59,856 bases of DNA from Desulfotomaculaceae bacterium (GTDB taxonomy: Bacteria > Bacillota > Desulfotomaculia > Desulfotomaculales > Pelotomaculaceae). Of the stretch, positions 10,319 to 17,684 are shown one piece after another. The notes under the pieces were generated by a model that was not told the origin of the DNA, made no database searches, and saw only the letters and a list, made by a program, of their open reading frames with translations. Where the stretch lies: contig JAQVOX010000001.1 of the NCBI GenBank assembly GCA_028702435.1, positions 1 to 59,856 of the forward strand, written 5' to 3'. Every line of letters starts with the position of its first letter. Position 1 is the first letter of the stretch. The position numbers were made by a program, and so were the translations under genes.

Positions 10319-11551
10319 TTGAAAAAAGATTCAGGAGTAATGGTAATAACACTGACAATAATATTCTTTCTTTCTGCTTTCTGTTATGTGCCTGTATTAA
10401 AGGAGAATTCAATTTCTGCCCTGTCAACCGCCGGGTTTTTTCAGAAACAACCAAAGGAAGCACCTGAATACCTGCCGGGTAGTTTTGCCACAATTATTGA
10501 CGAACAGGAAAATGTACTGTCAATGATGTCTAGAGCTGTGTATATAGGTGATGAAATTTACACTTCTGAAGGGGAGATTTACCGGTTGGACAAGGTGCAG
10601 GGCGACCGGGCTGTAGCAAAATTTTTAGGTATCGATGCGCAAATAGTAGCCTATAATGAGTTTTACGCCGCTCAGGAAATACCGGTAATTAGCAATAAAA
10701 CCGAAAAAAACCCGGCGCCACCGGCCAACTTTGCTATTTACCATACTCACAGCGCCGAGTCATACATACCTTCCGACGGCACCGCGTCCATCAACTTCAA
10801 AGGTGGTATCTACAAGGTAGGAATGGTCATGGCCGAAAGTTTAAGAAAAGCTGGGATGGAGGTAAATTACGACCAGGCCCCGCACGACCCGCACGATAAT
10901 AACGCTTATGTTCGTTCGCGGCGGACGGCCGCAAAACTGTTGAGTACCAACCCGGTGGCGATGTTTGACGTACATCGTGACGGCGTACCCGATCCAAATT
11001 TTTATAGAGATAAAGTCAGCGGTAACGTTGTAGCCAGGATCCGCCTGGTAGTGGGCCGGGAAAACCCGCGCATGTCGGCTAACCTGGATTTTGCCAAACA
11101 GATGCTGACTGCTGTAAATGATGTCCATCCTAAAGTGGTCAAAGAAATTTTTGTGGGAAAAGGTGACTATAACCAGGACCTATTGCCCACCGCCCTGCTC
11201 ATCGAAGCAGGCACTTATACCAATACCAGGGAGGAAGCTGAGCGGGGTGTTAACCTGTTTGCCGGGGCGCTACCCACAGCTCTGGGAATAAGTTCTGCTT
11301 CTCCGGCTCCGAAAGGACCGGAAGCTCCAGGTAAATCTACGGAGGCAGTAAGAGGATCGTGGAAGGCGCTGGGATGGCTTCTGGGACTGACTATTTTTGT
11401 CGGCCTAGCCTTTCTTTTTGTTAATGACGGAAAACTAACCACTGCCGGAACAAGGTTTCTAGATTTGATTAAAGAGGTTATGCCCTTTTTGCCGCGCCGG
11501 GCGGCACGTAAGCCGGGGATTAATAACGGAGATAAAAAGAATAACGAGTAA
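10319..11551 (+). CDS. spoIIP: stage II sporulation protein P
   Basis: N-terminal TM segment, IYHTHSAESYIPSDG and FDVHRDG motifs typical of SpoIIP amidase, RBS GGAGAGG before TTG. Confidence 0.9.
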   Translation: MKKDSGVMVITLTIIFFLSAFCYVPVLKENSISALSTAGFFQKQPKEAPEYLPGSFATIIDEQENVLSMMSRAVYIGDEIYTSEGEIYRLDKVQGDRAVAKFLGIDAQIVAYNEFYAAQEIPVISNKTEKNPAPPANFAIYHTHSAESYIPSDGTASINFKGGIYKVGMVMAESLRKAGMEVNYDQAPHDPHDNNAYVRSRRTAAKLLSTNPVAMFDVHRDGVPDPNFYRDKVSGNVVARIRLVVGRENPRMSANLDFAKQMLTAVNDVHPKVVKEIFVGKGDYNQDLLPTALLIEAGTYTNTREEAERGVNLFAGALPTALGISSASPAPKGPEAPGKSTEAVRGSWKALGWLLGLTIFVGLAFLFVNDGKLTTAGTRFLDLIKEVMPFLPRRAARKPGINNGDKKNNE

Positions 11552-11602
11552 CGATAAATGAGGGTAAATAAGGTAGTTACTGGTGAATTGTCTGAAAAGG
11601 TA

Positions 11603-11630
11603 AAGGACAGGCTGTGCCTGCCCTTTTTTT
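11603..11630 (+). terminator. intrinsic terminator after spoIIP
   Basis: AAGGACAGGC-TGT-GCCTGCCCTT hairpin with one mismatch, followed by a T7 run. Confidence 0.7.
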
Positions 11631-11787
11631 ATGTTAAAAAATACTAATGATCAATTAGTATTCCAGTAATTAATAAATATATATTTGATGTATTTGAAGT
11701 GTTACTTAATATAATAGTTATAAATATTCTTTGAGATTATTTAGGTTTAAGTGGTTAAAATTTATTAAATTAGTTACTATAATATTA

Positions 11788-11817
11788 TTGACATTTAGAA
11801 TTTATATTGTATATAAT
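11788..11817 (+). promoter_or_regulatory. sigma-A type promoter of the NifX-like/DUF5320/MinD-Fd operon
   Basis: TTGACA (11788-11793), 18-nt spacer, TATAAT (11812-11817), in an AT-rich intergenic region. Confidence 0.55.
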
Positions 11818-11932
11818 GTTTATGAAACATAGACCATAACTATTTTGGTATTCACTAAAAGGTAAAAACTGTTTGGTGATTTTACAGACCAGTGATTAAA
11901 AAGACAAGTTTGAATGAAAGAGGTGTATATAA

Positions 11933-12295
11933 TTGAAAATAGCAATTTCTGCCCAGGGACAAAACCTTGAAAGTCGTGTAGATCAACGGTTTGGCCGGTG
12001 CAGCTGGTTTATCGTTGCTGACCCGGAAACGGGTGATTACCAGGCAGTGAGTAATGATCAAAACCTTAACGCTGCTCAGGGCGCCGGCATTCAATCCGCA
12101 GAAATAGTTAGCCGTCAGGGAGTAGAGGCTGTGATTACCGGGCACTGTGGACCAAAAGCTTTTCGGACCCTAAATGTTGCCGGCATTAAGATATTCACAG
12201 GTGCAGAGGGCACGGTAGCAGAGTCCCTGGAGAAATACAAAAGCGGTTTGCTCACAGAAGCGAAGGAAGCAGATGTAGAAGGTCACTGGAGTTAA
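11933..12295 (+). CDS. NifB/NifX family molybdenum-iron cluster-binding domain protein (COG1433-type)
   Basis: MKIAISAQG...RFGRCSWFIV...AAQGAGIQSAEIV...GVEAVITGHCGPKAF. RBS AGAGGTG before TTG. Confidence 0.85.
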   Translation: MKIAISAQGQNLESRVDQRFGRCSWFIVADPETGDYQAVSNDQNLNAAQGAGIQSAEIVSRQGVEAVITGHCGPKAFRTLNVAGIKIFTGAEGTVAESLEKYKSGLLTEAKEADVEGHWS

Positions 12296-12330
12296 GCTTG
12301 AGTAAATTAATTGAGAAAGAGGTGTGCGAG

Positions 12331-12534
12331 ATGCCGAGGGGAGATGGAACAGGACCGCAGGGCCAGGGTACGGGAACAGGCAGGCGTTTGGGTCCGTGCG
12401 GGACCGGTAGCGGGCAAGGTCGTGGTGGAAGAGGTCTCGGCCGGGGGCGTTGTGGCTGGAGTGGTGGCCCGGGAGCCGGACAGGGTCAGGGCCAAGGTCG
12501 CGGCGGTCAGGGCCAAGGCCGCGGCAGGCGTTAA
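12331..12534 (+). CDS. DUF5320-like small protein, extremely Gly/Arg/Gln-rich
   Basis: Starts with MPRGDGTGPQGQGTGTGRRLGPC, the DUF5320 N-terminal signature as I recall it. The rest is an RGG/GQG repeat. I moved the start to the ATG at 12331 with RBS AGAGG. Confidence 0.65.
   Translation: MPRGDGTGPQGQGTGTGRRLGPCGTGSGQGRGGRGLGRGRCGWSGGPGAGQGQGQGRGGQGQGRGRR
12484..12525 (+). repeat. 2 x 21-nt tandem repeat inside the Gly/Arg-rich ORF
   Basis: GGTCAGGGCCAAGGTCGCGGC / GGTCAGGGCCAAGGCCGCGGC, one mismatch, in frame (GQGQGRG x2). Confidence 0.9.
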
Positions 12535-12569
12535 TTTTTAAGAAACTTTGTAGAGGGAGGTAGTGGAGC

Positions 12570-12917
12570 ATGCCAGGCTTTAACGGAACCGGACCGGCAG
12601 GTATGGGAACAATGACCGGACGCGGAAGAGGATATTGTATCAGCAATATTATCCCTGGTACCAGGTTTGCAACTGAAACTTGGAGCGGCCGTGGCGCCCG
12701 GCGCGGCTGGGGTTGGCAGCAATCCGACTTTACCACTGGAATGTTAGCTGGACTGGGCTTATACTTGGGCCATTCTTTGTTGAAAAGGCATTTTGCACCT
12801 GCGATAAGCGGGGAAGATGAGCTAAACCTGCTTAAAGAAGAAGTCGGCTATCTGGAAAATGCCCTTGCACAGGCTAAAAACCGCATTGAAGAACTGGAAA
12901 GCGAAGAAAAGAAATAG
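12570..12917 (+). CDS. DUF5320 family protein with C-terminal coiled coil
   Basis: MPGFNGTGPAGMGTMTGRGRGYC N-terminus, a hydrophobic patch, then the heptad-like LNLLKEEVGYLENALAQAKNRIEELESEEKK. Confidence 0.7.
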   Translation: MPGFNGTGPAGMGTMTGRGRGYCISNIIPGTRFATETWSGRGARRGWGWQQSDFTTGMLAGLGLYLGHSLLKRHFAPAISGEDELNLLKEEVGYLENALAQAKNRIEELESEEKK

Positions 12918-12939
12918 CATACCCGGTAGGGAGAATAAA

Positions 12940-13800
12940 ATGACTACAAGATTGACTATTGCCTTGGCGAGCGGCAAGGGAGGAACCGGTAAGACTACTG
13001 TTGCTGTGAATCTAGCTAGCGCTGCCGCCGCCGCAGGATATGAAGTTTGTTATGTGGATTGTGATGTGGAAGAGCCGAATGGGCATCTCTTCTTGAACCC
13101 CCGCATCAGGCGCCGTTACCCGGCCAATGTGCCGGTTCCAGTAGTTGATTCGGAGCGGTGTACCGCCTGCGGCGCCTGCGGGGAAATTTGTCAATACAGT
13201 GCGATCGTATGTATTAATAAAAATGTCCTCACTTTTGAAAAAATGTGTCATGGCTGTGGTGGTTGCCAACTGGTTTGCCCGGTGGCTGCCATTACCGAAA
13301 AGGACCGAGAAACCGGTGTCGTAGAAGAAGGCGAAGCCGGGCAGATAGCTTTTGTTCATGGCAGGCTCAATGTAGGCGAGGCTATGAGCCCGCCGTTAAT
13401 CAGGGCCGTGCGTGCGGCAGGGCAAAATAAGGCCTTAAATATTATTGATGTGCCCCCGGGGACCTCCTGCCCGGTAATTGCAGCCATTAGAGGAGTAGAC
13501 TTAGTTATTTTAGTAACCGAACCGACCCCCTTTGGGCTGAATGACCTGGACCTGGCCTTAGATATGGTTAAAGAGCTAGGGATCCCCCACGCCGTAGTGG
13601 TGAACAGGTCCGAACCGAGTAACAATCTAGCCCGTAATTTCTGCAAGGAAAGGGAAGTCAAATTACTGGCGGAGATTGCGGATGACCGCAGGGTAGCTGA
13701 AGCTTACTCCAGGGGCGAGTTGGCATTTTGGTCTGCCCCGGGTTATCAGGCAGTTTTTGATGACCTCCTGAGCTCTATTGTGAAAGAGGCGAGAAAGTGA
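12940..13800 (+). CDS. MinD/ParA-type P-loop ATPase with inserted 2x[4Fe-4S] ferredoxin domain (COG1149-type)
   Basis: Deviant Walker A ASGKGGTGKTT; CTACGACGEIC and CHGCGGCQLVCP motifs. I moved the start to the ATG at 12940 (RBS GGTAGGGAG). Confidence 0.88.
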   Translation: MTTRLTIALASGKGGTGKTTVAVNLASAAAAAGYEVCYVDCDVEEPNGHLFLNPRIRRRYPANVPVPVVDSERCTACGACGEICQYSAIVCINKNVLTFEKMCHGCGGCQLVCPVAAITEKDRETGVVEEGEAGQIAFVHGRLNVGEAMSPPLIRAVRAAGQNKALNIIDVPPGTSCPVIAAIRGVDLVILVTEPTPFGLNDLDLALDMVKELGIPHAVVVNRSEPSNNLARNFCKEREVKLLAEIADDRRVAEAYSRGELAFWSAPGYQAVFDDLLSSIVKEARK

Positions 13801-14675
13801 AAGAGATAATTGTAATCAGCGGTAAAGGGGGTACCGGTAAGACAAGCGTGGCCGCTTCTTTAGTTGCCCTGGCTAAAAGGTCGGTGGTGGCGGACTGCGA
13901 TGTGGATGCAGCCGACCTGCACTTGGTGCTTGATCCTCAGATTGAAAAAGTTGAGGATTTTTCCGGTGGCAAGGGCGCCACAATTATACCCGACAAGTGC
14001 AGCGATTGTGGAAAGTGTTATGAACTCTGCCGTTTTGAGGCCATAATCAAAGATGATGGTAAGAAGCCGGCTTATGCCATCGACCCTATAGCCTGTGAAG
14101 GGTGTGGAGTCTGCAGCTACTTTTGCCCGGAGAAAGCAATTGCATTCGAGCCTGTTGTTAACGGCCGGTGGTTTATTTCCGCTACCCGCTACGGCCCGAT
14201 GGTCCATGCCAGGCTTGGCATTGCGGCAGAAAATTCCGGCAAGCTGGTTTCCCTGGTACGCAGCCAGGCAAAAGCGCTTGCTGAAAAAGACGATTTGCCT
14301 TTTATTATTGTTGATGGTCCGCCGGGTATTGGTTGTCCGGTTATTGCGTCGATCACCGGCGCCGATGCGGTACTGATTATTACTGAACCCACTGTTTCTG
14401 GTGAACACGACCTGGAGCGGGTGGCTGAGCTGGCCGGACACTTTAAAATACCGACTTTTGTCTGTATCAATAAGTTTGATCTTAACCTGGAAAAAAGTAA
14501 AAATATCGAAGAAAAATCCATGGCCAGCGGTATCACCGTTATTGGTAGGATCCATTATGACCGGGCCGTAACCCAAGCCCAGGTAAAAAAGCTTCCGGTA
14601 GTAGAGTTTACCGGTTCTACTGTGGCAAAAGATATCATAGCTATTTGGGACAACCTCATAAAAGAACTAAACTAA
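13797..14675 (+). CDS. MinD/ParA-type P-loop ATPase with inserted 2x[4Fe-4S] ferredoxin domain (paralog)
   Basis: ISGKGGTGKTS Walker A; CSDCGKCYELC and CEGCGVCSYFCP. 4-nt overlap with the previous gene. Confidence 0.88.
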   Translation: MKEIIVISGKGGTGKTSVAASLVALAKRSVVADCDVDAADLHLVLDPQIEKVEDFSGGKGATIIPDKCSDCGKCYELCRFEAIIKDDGKKPAYAIDPIACEGCGVCSYFCPEKAIAFEPVVNGRWFISATRYGPMVHARLGIAAENSGKLVSLVRSQAKALAEKDDLPFIIVDGPPGIGCPVIASITGADAVLIITEPTVSGEHDLERVAELAGHFKIPTFVCINKFDLNLEKSKNIEEKSMASGITVIGRIHYDRAVTQAQVKKLPVVEFTGSTVAKDIIAIWDNLIKELN

Positions 14676-14693
14676 ATTAAAAAGGAGATTACT

Positions 14694-15038
14694 ATGAAAA
14701 TCGTTTTACCTATAGCAGGGAACCAATTATGTATGCATTTTGGCCATTGTGAAATGTTTCAAATTTTTAATGTCGATCCGGTAACTAAAGAAATTACTAG
14801 CACGGAAACATTTACTCCCCCGCCGCATGAGCCTGGCCTGTATCCCAGACTGCTGGGCGAAAAGGGGGCAAACATCATCATCGCCGGTGGTATGGGCCCG
14901 CGGGCGCAGGAATTGTTCAACCGTAATAATATAGAAGTCGTAGTTGGCGCTAGTTCTGCTACCGGTAGCCCTGAAGATGTAGTCAGGGAGTATTTAGAAG
15001 GCTCTTTGCAAACCGGCGACAATGCCTGCAGCCACTAA
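14694..15038 (+). CDS. NifB/NifX family cluster-binding domain protein (second copy)
   Basis: MKIVLPIAG...HFGHCEMFQIF...GANIIIAGGMGPRA. RBS AAGGAG. Confidence 0.85.
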   Translation: MKIVLPIAGNQLCMHFGHCEMFQIFNVDPVTKEITSTETFTPPPHEPGLYPRLLGEKGANIIIAGGMGPRAQELFNRNNIEVVVGASSATGSPEDVVREYLEGSLQTGDNACSH

Positions 15039-15577
15039 TGATCTAGGTTGAAGTTAAGGAGCATGACAGTACTTTTTTATTAAATTCCATACCGGAAAGG
15101 TCGGTTCAATAAAATATTGTTTTAATATGTGTATTGGCTAAAGTAAGGGCTAGGTTGGCATAGTTATAAGTAATCGCCGGCAAACATCCTGGCAAAATAT
15201 TTTAGCCAAATTTTTTTGAGGGGCGCCGGTTGGGTGTCGGGTGCATTTAGGGAGGTATTTTTAGAATGAGAAAGGTTTGTTTTGATCATAGTGCTATGCT
15301 ACTATACCTGTACCCCCCTGTGGCCATTTCTGTATAAGTAACTTATAAATAAATATTTAAGATGTTTAGATATTATTGTTGATTATTTATGCAGATGGGA
15401 ATTATAATATTTATGAGCAATGACCGCAATCTAGTGGTGTTTAAGCTATATTCTACCCGAATGCGTGCTTTAGGAGTAAATGAAAAGTATGTACTGAAAG
15501 ATTTATTGTTGTTAGTATACGACCAGATAGGTGATATTTATGGTTTTCATAATAATAGCTAACAGGAGATAAATTTA

Positions 15578-16006
15578 ATGCAAATCTACGATAATGAAAA
15601 ACTTATAGAGCATTTTATGAATCCATGTAATGTGGGGAGAATTGACAATGCTGATGGAATTGGAATGGCAGGCGATCCTTCCTGCAGCGACTACGTAAAG
15701 ATATACATAAAAGTCGGTGATGGTCAATTAATGGATATAAAATATGAAGTACATGGTTGCCCGGCAGCTATTGCTACTTCCAGCGTTTTTAGCGAACTGG
15801 TTAAAGGAAAGGCAATATACGATGCCCTGGAAATAAATGACCAGGATGTTGTTGAAGCTTTGAACGGTTTACCGGAGCAAAAATTACATTGTTCTTGTAT
15901 GGCCGTGGAAGCTTTCGATAAAGCTATTATCGACTGGGTCATACGGACCCTGCCGGAATATAAGGAAGAGATCGAGTCTATGATGGAGCATCTATCCCAA
16001 AAATAG
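15578..16006 (+). CDS. NifU N-terminal/IscU-like Fe-S cluster scaffold protein
   Basis: NPCNVGRI, DPSCSD, HGCPAAIATSS and LHCSCMAVEA give the three scaffold Cys. Confidence 0.85.
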   Translation: MQIYDNEKLIEHFMNPCNVGRIDNADGIGMAGDPSCSDYVKIYIKVGDGQLMDIKYEVHGCPAAIATSSVFSELVKGKAIYDALEINDQDVVEALNGLPEQKLHCSCMAVEAFDKAIIDWVIRTLPEYKEEIESMMEHLSQK

Positions 16007-16087
16007 ATTGGGTTTTTAAAATCATATATTTTTCTAATGAAAGCATGACAGATTTTAAATAATAACATACAGGAGGATATCTAATTT

Positions 16088-16909
16088 ATGTCAGATTGTG
16101 CTTATGAAAACGAAAGTAATAATGGACAAGCTAATGAAACGAAAACGGGCATTGAAAAATTAGCCCAAAATAATTTTAGCAGTATTAAAAATGTAATAGC
16201 TGTAGCTAGTGGTAAAGGTGGTGTAGGGAAATCTTCAGTGACATCACTTCTTGCCTGTGAATTTAAGAGGAAAGGCCAAATTGTCGGCGTGCTGGACGCA
16301 GACATTACCGGTCCCAGCCTGCCCAAAATGTTTGGCCTTAAGAGTGGGGTAAGAAGCAATGGCTCTGCGTTATTCCCTTCAATCAGCGATAATGGGATCA
16401 GAGTTATGTCACTAAACTTATTGACAGGCAAAGAAGATGACCCGGTTATCTGGCGTGGGCCGATAATCGCCGGTACCGTTAAACAGTTTTGGACTGATGT
16501 CGCCTGGGGGGACCTTGATTACCTTTTTGTAGATTTACCCCCAGGAACTGGTGACGTGCCTTTAACTGTAATGCAGTCCCTGCCTCTTAACGGGCTGGTA
16601 GTTGTATCATCACCGCAAGATCTGGCCGTGATGATTGTAAGTAAGGCCATCAAAATGGCCCAAATGATGAATATTCCTATACTTGGACTGGTTGAAAATA
16701 TGAGTAGTTTTATTTGCCCCCATTGCGGAGAAGAATTTTCGTTGTTTGGCCATGCCCAGGGCAAAGAAATAGCTGAGAAATTCCAAATTCCGTTTATCGG
16801 TAGTTTACCAATTGACCCTCACCTTTCAGAACTCTGTGACCAGGGTAAGATTGAGGAGTATCAAAGTAATCTTTTCCATGATTTTATACCTGAAAAGTCA
16901 ATTCAATAG
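16088..16909 (+). CDS. Mrp/NBP35 (ApbC) family Fe-S cluster carrier ATPase
   Basis: VASGKGGVGKSS Walker A, DLPPGTGD, CPHCGEEF (CxxC) motif. Confidence 0.92.
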   Translation: MSDCAYENESNNGQANETKTGIEKLAQNNFSSIKNVIAVASGKGGVGKSSVTSLLACEFKRKGQIVGVLDADITGPSLPKMFGLKSGVRSNGSALFPSISDNGIRVMSLNLLTGKEDDPVIWRGPIIAGTVKQFWTDVAWGDLDYLFVDLPPGTGDVPLTVMQSLPLNGLVVVSSPQDLAVMIVSKAIKMAQMMNIPILGLVENMSSFICPHCGEEFSLFGHAQGKEIAEKFQIPFIGSLPIDPHLSELCDQGKIEEYQSNLFHDFIPEKSIQ

Positions 16910-16958
16910 AAAAGATTACTGAAAATTTGTTGCTAAATTTTCAAAAAAAGGAGGTAAT

Positions 16959-17486
16959 ATGTCATTATATCGATTCTCCGGTAGAACACCGGTAATAGGC
17001 GCCGGAAGTTATGTGAGTGAGCTGGCCATGGTCATTGGAGATGTTAAGATTGGTGAAAACTGCTATGTAGGCCACGGCACTATTCTCAGAGGAGATTACG
17101 GAACGATCGAAATTGGTCCGGGCACTGCTGTAGAGGAGGGTACAGTTATTCATGCCCCCCCTGGCGGTACCTGCCGGATTGGGAAAAGTGTCACCTTGGG
17201 GCACGGCTGTATAGTTCATGGGGATGATATTGGAGACTATGCATTAATTGGATTAGGTTCTGTTGTAAGTCTCAATGCCATAGTCGGTTCTTGGGCTATT
17301 GTGGCCGAAGGCTGTGTGGTAAAGAATAAACAGGTTATTCCCGAAAAAGTTGTTGTAGCAGGTAGCCCGGCCCGTATTGTTAGAAATACTGAACCTAGAG
17401 ACGTAGAATTTTGGACATGGGTTAAGCAGCTTTATGTTAATTTAGCCCATCAATATTTACGGGAGGGTATGGAAAAAATAGGTTAG
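16959..17486 (+). CDS. gamma carbonic anhydrase family / hexapeptide-repeat protein
   Basis: Left-handed beta-helix hexapeptide repeats, with His residues in the GHGTILRGD...IHAPPG context. 175 aa. Confidence 0.88.
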   Translation: MSLYRFSGRTPVIGAGSYVSELAMVIGDVKIGENCYVGHGTILRGDYGTIEIGPGTAVEEGTVIHAPPGGTCRIGKSVTLGHGCIVHGDDIGDYALIGLGSVVSLNAIVGSWAIVAEGCVVKNKQVIPEKVVVAGSPARIVRNTEPRDVEFWTWVKQLYVNLAHQYLREGMEKIG

Positions 17487-17556
17487 TTTTCAATCATGGT
17501 TACGGTGAACATGAGCACTTGGTCATGAGTTTTTGCATTGCGGGTAGTAAGTTGAC

Positions 17557-17590
17557 AGCCGGGCTTCATTAATGAAGCCCGGCTATTTTT
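17557..17590 (+). terminator. intrinsic terminator
   Basis: Perfect hairpin AGCCGGGCTTCATT/AATGAAGCCCGGCT followed by ATTTTT. Confidence 0.85.
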
Positions 17591-17684
17591 AGTTAAATAG
17601 ACCAGGGTTTTTTATGTACGTATAGATGAAAACATTTCAGGCTATGCTTATATATATAGCTTTTTTTAGAAAGGCTGGAAGACG

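Noticed and set aside
12170-12736. 188-aa minus-strand ORF, plus several 63-78-aa ORFs on both strands (12307-12516, 12311-12541, 12531-12722), over the DUF5320 genes.
   Set aside because: The region is GC-rich GGN/CGN repeat DNA that lacks stops in most frames. Only the plus-strand frames start with the conserved MP(R/G)..GTGP head and have an RBS. The others are Pro/Arg/Ala-rich compositional shadows.
13860-14576. 238-aa ORF antisense to the second MinD-type ATPase gene.
   Set aside because: The sense strand has unambiguous Walker A and ferredoxin motifs. The antisense product is low-complexity with no RBS or recognisable motif.
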